Assembly: GCF_006345805.1 (NCBI RefSeq)
Contig: NC_042997.1
Location: 192,386,001-192,450,000 of the forward strand
Direction of reading: 5' to 3'
Origin: Octopus sinensis
Lineage: Eukaryota
DNA length: 64,000 nt
Below are positions 11,925 through 24,330 of this stretch, piece by piece. The notes beneath the pieces are model-generated. The model searched no databases and was not told the DNA's origin. It saw nothing but the letters and a program-made list of their open reading frames with translations. The translations under genes were made by a program, and so were the position numbers. Numbering within the stretch: position 1 is the first letter of the stretch; every line of letters begins with the position of its first letter.

Positions 11925-12375
11925 TCAGTTCCGGCAGAATCGTCAGCACGCCGGGCAAAGTGCTTAGCGGCATTCAGTCCGTCCTTACATTCTGAGTTTG
12001 AATTCCGCCAAGGTCAACTTTGCCTTTCATTCTTTTAGTGGGGACGGGGGTCGATAAGTACCAGTTAAGCATTGGGGTCGATATAATCGACTTACCCCCA
12101 TCCCCGAACTAGCAAGACTTGTGCTAAAATTCGAAACCATTATGATTATTATTAGCATTGTTAGGGCGGCGTCTTGGTAGAATCGTTAAATTGTCGGGAA
12201 AAGCTTTGCGGTTTTTGCTTTCGTTCTTTACGTCTTGCGTACATATCCTTTCGAAATCAGCCGTGTCCTTTATCTGTTCTGGGTCAGTAAAGTACCAGTC
12301 AAGTACTGAGACTAAATAGTATCAAGTAAACCAATTCCATCGGAATCGCAGGCATTGTGCTTAAGTCATTAACAC
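11925..12375 (+). mobile_element. Two tandem partial family-B SINEs
   Basis: ggcagaatcgtcagcacgccgggcaaagtgcttagcgg..gtcgataagtaccagttaagcattggggtcga, followed by a second diverged copy. Confidence 0.75.
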
Positions 12376-12539
12376 TGTTATGTTGCTAAAGATTGGGTCT
12401 TTGGATTTGCCTGCGTTCTCTTCCTGGGGAATTCATTTCCCCAGAGTTTTTGTTTTAGTTGAAGTATCACAGTGTAAAAAAAAAAAAAGTTTCTGCCAGG
12501 TGTCAACTACCTCCTCTAATTGGGTGAGACTGGTGTAGA

Positions 12540-12585
<46 letters not shown>

Positions 12586-14263
12586 TATTTATTTTGTAGA
12601 AACTCAAGTAACAGAAATGTGTTCCACTGAGTCGTAGGATTTAGTGTGAAGAATATTTATAGACACATGTACTAAGAAAGGAAGGTATGGGTGGAGATGG
12701 TTAATTAATACGGAGATGCAAATAGCATATTTTAAAAAAGGAAGTTTATTATAGCAACAGTGGTATAGACATTGTGAATACTATATAACAAGTCAAAAAA
12801 GGAAGACGGCTTTCAGTATAGGAGTATTCATTTAAATAATTGTGGGCTTTTAAATAATTGTTGCTAAACAAACCATAGTACACAAATTAAACATATTAAA
12901 CCGCATTATAAATTAATAGTTAAATATGGGAGTTTATTCTGTTGGGTGGTTGATGTTCGGAAGGGCATCCAGCTGTAAAAATCCTGCCAAAACAGTCACA
13001 GTTTGGTGCAGGCTTTTACCTGGCCAGTTCCTGTCAAACTGTCTCACCCATGCCGGCATAGAAGGCGAACAATGATGATGATGGTTGCACTTTCTGCAAA
13101 TAGTCTTAGTAGACAAAGTGGTAGATGCATTAACCGAAAGAATAGTGAGAGAAATATGCTGAAGAAGCCATTCCATCTTCCAGGGTTTGTTTTTGTGTAT
13201 GGCCCTTTTTTTTTTATCTCAATTAGACAAAGAAGAGAGATGATTCAAGAATCCAGAACACTAGGCGTTTCCATTAATATAGGCTTGTTGTTTGGCTGCT
13301 ATGCATATGAGGCTGCATGTGAATGATAAATCAAACACCATGCAAACATTTGATAGTAACTTTTGTTTCACCTCACAAGTAACATTCAGGTTGGCCATGA
13401 ATTATAGAGTTCCAGAACAAGTCAACACAATCGAAGGAATAATTTAGTTGCACGCATAAATAGTTGATTACAAAGGCTGTGCATTGGAGTTTGTCACGAC
13501 AGGAGAAAGTATACAGAGATTCATATCAGCCAACTATATTGACAAATTCAAGTTGAGCAGGAGTTGTTAAAATGACTGTTACAGTGGCAAGAGTGTGAGG
13601 AGCTGGACTGCAGGTTACCACTCACTGGAGTTGGTGCTAAAACCAATCATTTATATAACCTTTGTACTGGGATATTCCAGAATAATCTAGAAGTCAATAA
13701 CTCAACCTCTCATGTGAACATGTGCTCTGTTGTGACTTAAACTTCACAATCTGTTGATTTGGTTTTGAATCTTGCTATAATCTCAAAAAGAAATTTATTA
13801 GGGAGTAACCAGCACTTCTGCCAGATCATGAGTTCCATCTATGGCACTGTGTTCTCAATGATAGCAGAATGCGTTACTTACTTCAGGCAGTGGAATTGAC
13901 AGTTGTTATGGTGTCAGGACAGACTGCTCCATAGTATTTATGCTGAACTCTACGCTCTGAGATCAAATCCAGCTGAGGCCAAATTTGTTTTTCATCTTTT
14001 CAGAGTTGATCAAGTACCAATCCAAGGCGGTGGATTTTAAGAATGCCGGAATGGATTCCTTGTATTTGCTCTGGCTCTTTGTATCCTGAGTTCAAATCCT
14101 ATGTCTTGCATCTTTCATGTCTTTAATGAAGTCCAGTCCATTGCAAGCATTCGGTCTAGCTTTCTGCTTTGAGGATATCAGGATATCTTCTTTCCTTCCA
14201 TTAGTCTTTGGGACCCTGTAATGAGTTGTTGGTACTGCTTACTCTGTAGATAAAGAGAAATAG

Positions 14264-14945
14264 AGGCGCAGGCATGGCTGGTTGCTTCCCAATGACATGG
14301 TTCCAGAGTCAGTCCTACTGCATGGTACTTTATCCAATTATCTTCTACTTAGTATTGGGCTAATCAAAGCCTTTTGAGTAGATTTGGTAGGTGGAAACTG
14401 AAAGAAGCCTGTCGTGTGTTTTGTGTTTGTCCCTCACCACTACTTGACAACTGGTGTTGGTTTGTTTACAACCCTGTTACTTAGCAGTTCTGCAAAAGAG
14501 ATTGTGTGGTAAGTAGCTTGCTTACCAACCACATGGTTCCGGGTTCAGTCCCACTGCATGGCACCTTGGGCAAGTGTTTTCTACTATAGCCTCGGGCTGA
14601 CCAAAGCCTTGAGTGGATTTGGTAGACAGAAACTGTATGTATATATATCTATGTTTTTGGGTCTGTGTTTGTCCCCCCAATATCGCTTGACAACCAATGC
14701 TGATGTGTTTATGCCCCCGTAACTTAGCAGTTTGGCAAAAGAGACCGATAGAATAAGTACTAGGCTTACAAAGAATAAGTCCTGGGGTCGTGCTCCAGTA
14801 TGGCCACAGTCAAATGACTGAAAAAGGGAAAAAGTAAAGTGAGAGAATAAGCTTTAAAACATTAAACACTGATGTTGATTCCTTCAACTAAAGTTCTTCA
14901 AGCCAATGCCCTAGCATAGGGTATCGACTGAAACAAGTAAAAGTT
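14264..14945 (+). mobile_element. Two nested family-A SINEs (younger copy 14503-14835 inside an older one)
   Basis: Two heads and two 3' ends of the family-A consensus. Confidence 0.8.
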
Positions 14946-15282
14946 AAAAAGTATATAAAAAATAAGCAGTGATGGATATTAAAAGGTTAATTGTTCTTAA
15001 CATTTGTTTCTAAGTAATTAATGTCAGTAATCTATTTTCTGCAACGATGTGCGATTTCAGAACCATTCAGTCTATGATAGCCTTTGAAACAAAATCCAAA
15101 AAACTTATCAAAAAATGCCTGGATGAAAACTTGTCTTTTTTCCTAATGATCTTCTTTAATGTCAATGATTAATATTATGAAAATGGAACTGAAAATAATC
15201 TATGGCAGTGTCAGTAGAATATAATCTAGCTGAATTATTCTAAACGATCATTTTATTTATTAGAAACATTCTTTCTGTGATA

Positions 15283-15880
15283 AGCATGACTGTGTGGTTA
15301 AGAAGCTCGCTTTGCAATCATGTGGTTTGGGGTTTGGTCCCAGTGTGTGTGTGTGGCACATTGGGTGGGTGTCTTCTACTATAGTATCTGGATTAACCAA
15401 TGTCTTGTGAGTGAATCTGTCGTATACTATATTATACACATTAATATCAAGCAGTGTATATGTATGTATATATATATACATATATATATCATCATTTTAA
15501 CGTCCACTTTCCATGCTAGCATGGGTTGGATGATTTGACTGAGGACTGGCGAACCAGATGGCTGCACCAGGCTCCAATCTGATCTGGCAGAGTTTCTACA
15601 TCTGGATGCCCTTCCTAATGCCAACCACTCCAAGAGTGTAGTGGGTGCTTTTAAATATATATATATATATGTGTGTGTGTATGTATTTTTTTATGTATGT
15701 ATATCTTTGTGTCTGTATTTGTCACTCCTCCCCACTTTCAGCACTTGACAACCAGTGTTGGTTTGTTATTCTCATGACTTAGGGGTTGGGCGAAAGAGAC
15801 TGATAAAATAAGTACCAGACTTTAAAGAAAACATAGATTCTAGAGTTGATTGCAGTCCAATGACCGAAGCAAGTGAGAGA
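15283..15880 (+). mobile_element. Family-A SINE with a (GAT)n-tailed SINE inserted antisense at 15487-15652
   Basis: Head at 15283 and 3' half at 15700-15880; the insert lies in the central (TA)n tract. Confidence 0.75.
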
Positions 15881-16014
15881 AACTATAAAGAGCAGAATCT
15901 ATAGAAAGATAATAGATTAATCATGTGACTTTAGAATTGTAAATTGTTTGGCTATTCTGACCATGGTTTCATTTGGTTCTGAGTTATTGGACCAGAAATA
16001 CAGGTGTCATCATG

Positions 16015-16385
16015 GCTAGAAATAACAGCCAAATCACCCTCAAGTCACATCCTTACCATCTTAAAAACTGAAAGGGCCTTGGTAATGTTGTCCCAGCTAC
16101 TCCTGAAATGACAGAATGGTCACATCTAAAACATAGCTGATCAATCAGGGCTGACCCAAGCTAAACAACAAACGCAAGCAATTTAACGGAAGGGCTTATA
16201 TGCAGTGGCTCAGCCTGATAGAAGTAGTAGCCAAATTTCTCTCTAACTGCTCTTAACTATCTGAAGGAAAAAAAAAAAGATACATTGAACAAGGGTAGTC
16301 TTTGATATGTACAAAATGACAGGGTGGTCAGGACTGGAGTAACTTTGATCATTCTTTTTAATAAAAGTCACCTGTAGCTAACAAG
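16015..16385 (+). repeat. Two tandem copies of a dispersed repeat with an (AAC)n tail
   Basis: ctagaaataacagccaaat...gatcaatcagggctgacc..gctaaacaaca; also at ~30425-30595, 41960-42075 (-) and 46905-47060. Confidence 0.6.
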
Positions 16386-17029
16386 TAACAAAATGCTGAA
16401 ATATTTTGGCTAAAAATGTCTTCCTTGCTGATTTGAACATGTTTGAAAGAGAAAGAACATTTTATAACAGAAACTAAGGCTCCTATATGGATACACTATA
16501 AATAGTCAGCATTAGTCAGCAAGTTATCTTGTCTTTGTTCTAGTTTTTTTAAAACCATGGCACTACACCTCACAAAATCAATTAATAAACTGCATGAGTA
16601 ATTTATAATTGCATGTGTACTTGACTAAAACAAATATCTGTCAGGACTCCCATGACCAAACAACACAGGGGAAATACCTCTGTTCGGTGGTGGAAATAGA
16701 CGAGGAAATCAATACTATATAGACATTGTGATTAAGTACATACAAGAAGTTTGTTGTATTTCAAGCTCTCTGGCAGCGAACCAACATTTCACCAGGCATA
16801 TTGGCTAACAGAACAATGCAATCTTTATTTCAGCTCTTGCTCTACCCAGTATTAGCATTAATTTATCAATGCTTGAGACTTTGCTAATTTATTAGGGTTA
16901 TTTTTCTCTTTTTATTTTATCCATGTCCTAGACGGGTTACCGTGCATATCCCAGTGAAAGGAATGTATTTCAATGAAGTGTGAACAATGTAAAGTTGAGG
17001 CTAAATTTCAGATTAAATTTACTATTTGT

Positions 17030-17235
17030 GAAAGCATGTGGCCTTGTATTACAGTGTTTGTACTCATGATCACAAGATCACGGTTTTGATTCCTGGACTG
17101 GGCCTGCATTGTGTTCTTGAGCAGAACACTTCATTTTTACATTGCTCCAGTCCATTCAGCTGTAAATCAGTAACCCAGTGATGGACTGGTGTTCCATTGA
17201 GGTGGGGAATACTGTGATCTCTATCACTTTTATGC
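17030..17235 (+). mobile_element. tRNA-derived SINE, 5' part, abutting the RTE tail
   Basis: gtgttcttgagcagaacacttc..gctccagtccattcagctgtaaat..gtgatggactgg. Confidence 0.6.
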
Positions 17236-17239
17236 ACTT

Positions 17240-17745
17240 TCTTGTACTTGTGATGGTGTTCACCCAGGACGGGTTGAGCTGGCTTCTTCTCTGGTCCTAA
17301 AACGGCATCATGAACCATGGCTGTCCATGCTCGACGGTCCCGTGCGAGGTCACTGGAGATAGCGCGCCATTTGCAGTTCCATCTGTGCAGACCGACCACC
17401 TGCAGACCTGAGAGTTTGGAGAGGTCCTCCTTTATCATTCTTGCCCAGGTCTTCAGCTGTCCGCCTGTGCATTTGCGCCAGCTGGGAAGTGGAGTTAGGA
17501 GGAGGACATTGCGAATCAGCTCACCCTCTGGACGCCAGGCCGCATGGCCGAACCACCTTAAGCACCATTGTAGAAGCACCGAAGGGAGGGGCCAGAGATT
17601 CAGGTGATGACGAAGACCGGCTGTAGGAACCCAATCAATGCGTCGGCAGCGAAGAATGCGGCGGAAACGGTCATTGTTGAACACCTCCAGCCCTTGCTGA
17701 TCAACTACCCTCATAGACCATGTTTTGCAACCATGCCATGGAAAT
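17240..17745 (-). mobile_element. 5'-truncated RTE LINE 3' end
   Basis: HGCKTWSMR...LEVFNND...LRWFGHAAWRPEGELIR...GGQLKTW...KEDL...ARDRRAW, ending in a CACAAGTACAAG-type tail. Accounts for ORF 17070..17714. Confidence 0.9.
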
Positions 17746-17814
17746 TGATTGGTCTTATGAGTTCTAGGAGCTGAGGCAATGCCCAGGAGTTGATGATGAC
17801 ATTAACAAATCAGT

Positions 17815-18738
17815 TTAAACCCTTTTGATGCTAACCCACCTGTAACTACTCTGGCTTCTATGATACAGACTTCCTGTTTTAACTCTTTAGCATTTAAACT
17901 GGCCATATCCAGCCCAAATATTCTACTTGTTGTATGTTCAGACTGGCCAGATCAACATCTCATGCCTACCCTACAAAGTTATTCTAAAATAAGCAATTAC
18001 ATCATTGAAATGTCAAAGCTATAAGACAATGTATGAGTAATCTAAAACACTGTGAATAAATAAGCATTACATTTGACAAAGTAATCTGAATGCTAATGGG
18101 TTAAATTCATCTTAATTAAAATCTTCCATCCAATTTTTCATGTTAATTTATGTTCCAAACACCAGCTTAATAATTATACAATTATTTTACTAAATTCTGC
18201 CTTTTTTTTTCAAAAGTGATTGAAACGAGGAGTGGCTGTGTGGTAAGTAGATGCTAACCAACCACATGGTTCTGGGTTCAGTCCCACTGCGTGGCATCTT
18301 GGGCAAGTGTCTTCTGCTATAGCCCCGGGCCAACCAATGCCTTGTGAGTGGATTTGGTAGACAGAAACTGAAAGAAGCTTGTCGTATATATGTATATATA
18401 TATAATATGTATATATATATATGTATATATAATATGTATATATATGTATATATATATATGTATATATATATATGTATATATATGTATATATATATATGTA
18501 TATATATATATGTGTATATATATATATGTGTATATATGTGTATATATGTGTATATATATATGTGTATATATATATGTATATATATATGTGTATATATATG
18601 TGTATATAATATGTATATATATATGTATATATATATATATGTATATATATATGTGTATATATATGTGTATATATATGTGTATTATATATGTATATATGTG
18701 TATATATATATATATGTATATATATATATGTGTATATA

Positions 18739-18771
<33 letters not shown>

Positions 18772-19030
18772 GTTTGTGTTTGTCCCCCTAGCATTGCTTG
18801 AAAACCGATGCTGGTGTGTTTACGTCCCCGTCACTTAGCGGTTCGGCAAAAGAGACTGATAGAATAAGTACTGGGCTTACCAAGAATAAGTCCCAGGGTC
18901 GATTTGCTCGACTAAAGGTGGTGCTCCAGCATGGCCACAGTCAAATGACTGAAACAAGCAAAAAGAAAAAGAAAATAAAGAAATGTTTGTTTTTTTTTCT
19001 CAACAGAAATATCGTAACATAAGGGGTTAA
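17815..19030. mobile_element. piggyBac-type (TTAA) MITE containing a nested TTAA MITE (17879-18104) and a SINE
   Basis: Outer ends ttaaaccctttt...aaggggttaa; inner ends ttaactctttagcatt...aatgctaatgggttaa. Confidence 0.7.
18224..18975 (+). mobile_element. Full-length family-A SINE with a ~390-bp expanded central (TA/TG)n tract
   Basis: Consensus head and tail; microsatellite at 18385-18772. Confidence 0.9.
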
Positions 19031-20089
19031 TGTTAAAAACCTATCAATATTCATAGGAATTTTTATGCATTCTACTATATACTATATTCTTCATTGAAAT
19101 CTTGTTCTTTGCAGCCTTTATTACATTTATTCAATGAGATTGATAAGCACCTCTTTAATAATAACCAAACATTTCTGACATTTAATGATATGGGTTCTTT
19201 TTTTGTATTTTTCTCAGATAAGTTTATATCAATGTGGCCACATTAGATTGTTGCAGAATGAATGAATTTTTTTTTTCTCTCTGACATAGACATCTGGTAA
19301 TTTAAGACAATCTCTATAAAAGCTGGAATTTATATTACATTTCAGTTGCACATGAACTGGGATTAGCTTGTACAATAATGATAGGATTAATTTCTGAAAG
19401 GTTACTTTCTGCTGCAGCTATTCAGAAGGATACAGGCAACAGTATTTTATAAAAAACACTTGCAGTAAGATTGGCAAGAATCTTTGTCCTTTTTTTTTTT
19501 GCTATTTGGAATAAATCATTGGTGCAGATAGTCATGAAATCCACTAAACAACCACAATGTAGTTTCAGGTTCAATCCCACTGCACTACACCAGTGTCAAT
19601 CCTCATTTAATGTCCATGTTCCATGCTGGCAGGGGCGGGTTGTTTTTCATGTGTGCATATCTTTGCCACTGCTTACATTCTGCACTGAGCAGATATGGTT
19701 GCAGATCAAGTGCAGTTCACATTAAAGATTTCCTTGGTTTATACCTAAAGATCTAAGCTGTCTTTTGATTTGTAAATTGCACAAATAAATTCAGTTTACT
19801 GGATATACAAGACAATTGTAAAAGTCTGTTTTATATAAACATGTTTACAATGTCTCTCTGGACAGGAAAAGAAGGACCAACTGAACAACACCATCTCTTG
19901 TTCATTAACCATTCATCAGCTTTTGATTCACTGGCCACAGTAAGTAATAATAAACATGATAGACCTTTGTAATTGTCCCATATATCTAGTAAATTTAATC
20001 TATGAATGCAGTTATGGTTGAATTCTTTGGGTATAGTGATAAATAATCTTTAATATGAGAAATGAACACTGCTGTCACATCAATAATTT

Positions 20090-23000
20090 ATGTAGTTTAT
20101 GGAATATGCGAGTATTTTGTGAACTTGTAGCTATAAATCCTGCTGCTATTGAAGAGATGTCTACTTGTCCAGCCCTTTAACTGGATAGTTTGCCCTTAAT
20201 CTGTTTATGATGGTGAAAGAGAAATATTTTGGGTACCTTATTAGCAAATTAGTATTAGAATTGTTTATTAGAATTGGATCTGGTTAGATGCTTGGTTATC
20301 ATACAACATGATTAATGTGATAAGTTGTAAGACCAATCTAATAAATTGAGGTAATAAATCTTATGGCATTATTTCTATTGTAGTTAAGTAATTAACAGAA
20401 TTGGAGTATGCTGTTAATTACTCTCAGAAGTTCACAGAATATCATCATGAATTTGGTAAAGAGTATTATTAGTAATAACTCTAGTGTTATCAATAATGAA
20501 TTTGGGCTAAAAACAAAATGTATTATCAGTGAGAAATTTTCTTTAAAAAAACTCTCACTGAAAATGTTATAGAAATATAGGATTGTTGGTTGCAAAAGTT
20601 TGAAACAAAAGTTTACTAACAGTGAAATGTTTCTAATTGATTTCTATGTTTGAGATCTTAAAATGTTAAGGAAATCTGTAAGGAAATGAAAACCGATTTG
20701 ATATTTAGCTGAATTATTTGTTGTATCTTTACATTACAAGTAGTTTTATAGCATTATAAAACTAATAATGCAGAAACATTGATCTACAGGAGTATCATAG
20801 TTAGGGAGCAGAACTCCTTGTATTTACCTTTTAGAAGAAGTTTAAGACATTTTGGCAATACTTGTAGGGGATTGTTTTCAGCTTGTTTTTATATATCTGG
20901 CAAGCAAGATTTTCAGGGCGGCACTGGATTGGTGTGACTAAATGTAACTGATACACACCTGCAGACATGTGAGATATACTCCATCATAAGTGACATATTG
21001 TCAAATATGAAGTAAGTTTGAATTCCATTTTGTTTTCTAGGTTTTTTCGGAATCAGAAGTTTATATGAACAGTTACTAAAAGATAATAGGAATTGTATGA
21101 GAAGAATGTATGAATTGAACTGTTTTTCTGAATGGAGGTGGCTAGTGCCTACATTTTCTTTCTCATATCTGATTGGCTTTGTTTGAGTGATCTTTGCGAA
21201 ATGTTATGAAGAGTTTGTGAGCAATTATACTTAGCATGAGATGTCATTTACTCTCATATACATTAGTGAAATTGTTGGTAATTGTTGTTCTTTGAAGATA
21301 TACAAACTGTGATATCCTCTGTATAATGAAGTTCAGTTACTGATGTAGTTGTTGGTTTTGTTCTGGCATGGTTTCTGCCAAGGTTTGAATAGCTTGCTAT
21401 TTGTATAAGATTTGGAAATCAAGGAGGAGTTCGCTTGTAGTGAGCTTGAGCATAGTTAAAAGGAAGTTGAAAAGAATATGGGGGAAATTCAAACCTAAAA
21501 ATGATTTGTGAAATACTGGCAACACACCTCAACCTTTATGTTGTCATACAGAGGTCATATGAATTTTTGTGGACAATCAACTTTGGTTAGCACTTTCTCA
21601 GAGCTTCAGGATTTATAAAATCAAATGCATGGTTAGGTTAAAGAAAGTCATGTACTGCTGTGTGTGTTGCAAGCAAAGTTCATATCCATAGTATCTATGG
21701 CAGATCAAAAACTGAACTGAGATCCAGGTAGGTACATTTCTGAATAAGGGCTAATTCAGTTGGGCAAGATTCTAGCTAGAATCTTTCCAATAGTTGACGA
21801 GAATAAGATTTCTCAGGAGAAGCCACAATTTGACTCATCTCCATTTCGAAGATAATTCTTTCTACTATAGGCAGAAAACCCAACATTTTTGAGAGGAGCT
21901 AGTCGGTTACTTGATTCTAATGCTCAGCTGGTACATATTCAATTGATCCAGAAAGGATGGAAGGCAAAGTTAACTTTAAGGGAATTTGAACTGAGAATGT
22001 AAAGGGCCAGATAAAATACCACTAAGCATTTTGTCTGGTATACCAACAATTGTCAGCTTGTCACCTTTGAAGATGGTAATAATGATTGCATCTCTGAAGT
22101 TAATTGGTATTTCATCTGGCCTCCAAATTAGTAGTGTATGAAGCTTTGTTGTTACTGCTTTAGTCTTAAATTTATATATGTTAGCTCGAATTCCACGAGA
22201 CCCGAGTGCCTTGTTTTTAGGGAATAAATTGCTTTGTTTAATTTCTGCATTGACAGTTGATCTTAATGCAGTGTTGTCCAGAGGTCATTTGTTACCTGCA
22301 CAGTCAGGATTAAACAAGTCCTTGAAATGTTATTTCCATTAGTTATTAAGAGCTGCTTGTTCTTTTACAAGTTTTGTACCATTCTTTGGTCTAAGAGTTG
22401 CTGGACCATGGAATGCTTTAGTTAGGCTTAAGAAACTTATGTCATGCATGTTGGCCACTTTCTGGATTTTGAGTATTTTGATCTGCCTTAAATTATTTTC
22501 TATTTTATGTGCTTCTGGACTGCAGCCTTTGTTTTGTACACATTATTCTTATTTTGATAAGCAAGTGAAGCTTTTTTCTTGACTTGCTGCTTGATTTGGG
22601 TAGTGTTATGAGTGTTTTGCTATAAATCCCCCAAGAACTCCTGACAAACAGCAGAGATGTTTGTTTTTAGAGTACATCTTGCATGTTTTAGACAATGTTT
22701 TAGACTGATGGTTGACAATTTATCTTCTGGACCAGTGGTTCTTAACCAGGGTCCATATAGAATTTCCCTTCTGCCTTCATTTATTTTTCTACAATGCCCA
22801 AAATATTTTAACATATTCTTATAATTAAATTTTTAAAAATGGAAAAAAAAAAACTAATTGGATTTTTTTAACATGGGGTTCCAGTAGAGTAAAATAGGAA
22901 TCAAAGGGGTCCATAGGCAAAAAATGGTTGAGAACCACTGATTTAGACATTATTGAAATTGCTTTGCCTTTTTTTCTTTTATTGGAGTGGTGGTGATGTC

Positions 23001-24330
23001 AGCTGCAAGAATTATGCCATAGTTGCTGACATGGTTTTGGAATGTTTTGTATTGCCATGTGAGATCTCTATGAGGCAGTGACCCAAACAACTATTGTCAG
23101 CTTTTGTCATGATGCATTCTAGGTGTATCTCCTCGTGACTAAGATTCTGTATAATCACATGCCAACTCTTTGGTCATGGGATGCTGTCTGCTTGTCACTA
23201 ATATCGTTTTGGTGATTACTAAGTTCCTTGCAATTAGCTAGGATTGTCATTTGAATTAACCATTCCAAAAGTTTAAGTCTTTGTCAACTCTGGCATTAAG
23301 GCTGCCTGACAAGATGTTTTTGTCTTGTTTTAGTATTCTGGATAGGACACAGTTGAAGTTAATGCAAAATTCCTCTTTAAATTCTGTAATTGCTTTAAGT
23401 GTAAGCTCTCCCACTCACAACTGACTTTTGCATAGTGCTTAGAGCCAGCAAGTTTGAAGGGGAATGTCATCAATCTTTCATTGGTGCCAATAGGTAGTTC
23501 ATATAGCTTACAGATAGAATCATGAAGAACCGTAGTAGGTTTTACAGTCATACTCCATGGAAGCACTGCTCTTCTTGTTTATGCTTCTGAAAGAAGGTAT
23601 AGCCACTGTCCAGTTTCTTCAGCTGTCTTCAACTAGTTTTACCTTAAGAGCAGCAATATTAAAATCGAAGCACACCAGTTCCATAGAAACAAGTGCAGTC
23701 TATCATTCCAACCAAAGGCTGTTTGGCTTAACAATAAGAGTCAGAATGTTTCAAGACTCAAATTTTATTAGGCATTTTCTTTTGTCTATGAAAGCAGAGA
23801 GTCATTTAGAAAAGCTAAGATAGGCTATATTTGAGGTATTTTTTCTTGCTGCTTACAAATCCATGGTGAACAAGGATTGCTCAGCTGTAGCTGCTGTGAA
23901 ACATATCTGGACATAAATACCGGATACCATCTCATTTGACTACCTCTTCTGTTTTATTTCATTACTAGGAGCTCCCAGATTCCACAATCTTGCTTTTAAT
24001 GCCTCTAGGGGACTGCACAAGGACTTTTATGAATGGAGTAAAAATGAGAGATGCTTGTCTATGGTTTTGTTTGGCATGTAGAAGCTATTGTACATCAGTT
24101 TCCACACTCTTTTCACTGTGAGATACCTCAGTCCAACAGCAAAGATTGGAAATAATAAACTGTTACAATCATTATCTGCTTTCACAGCTGTTGAGTGTAT
24201 GTAACCCCTCTTTCACTTGTTCTCCTGGATTTAGGAATTAACTGCACCCTTAATACAGAAGGCAAAAGAGGTTGTTAGCATTTACTTCAGGTACCACCTT
24301 GAGTGGAGAAAAAAAGGTGACTTAATGTCC
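20090..24330 (-). mobile_element. Near full-length, heavily decayed RTE/BovB-like LINE (APE endonuclease + RT + C-terminus) with nested insertions
   Basis: APE: SGYTFF..., ELPIGTNERLMT (23300-23800). RT: STIGKILARIL, LTKVDCPQKF (21500-21850). C-terminus: RNQLETFH, ILFLAQ (20400-20650). Many stops and frameshifts. Confidence 0.8.
22733..22940. mobile_element. hAT-Charlie-type MITE inside the RTE relic
   Basis: TIRs cagtggttcttaacc / ggttgagaaccactg; flanks ttctggac/atttagac. Confidence 0.8.

Larger units (their letters stand above)
8660..12400. promoter_or_regulatory. CpG-retaining, TE-poor promoter/enhancer-like island
   Basis: CG dinucleotides are visibly frequent in unique sequence here and rare in the flanking unique DNA; no recognisable TE between ~8.1 and 11.9 kb. 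Candidate donors at 10050/1 (+, CT|gtgagt), ~10522 (-, AAG|gtgaga) and ~8818 (-, C|gtaagc). Confidence 0.5.

Noticed and set aside
18210-18838. Tyr/Ile/His-rich ORFs of 133-194 aa
   Set aside because: (TA/TG)n expansion within a SINE.
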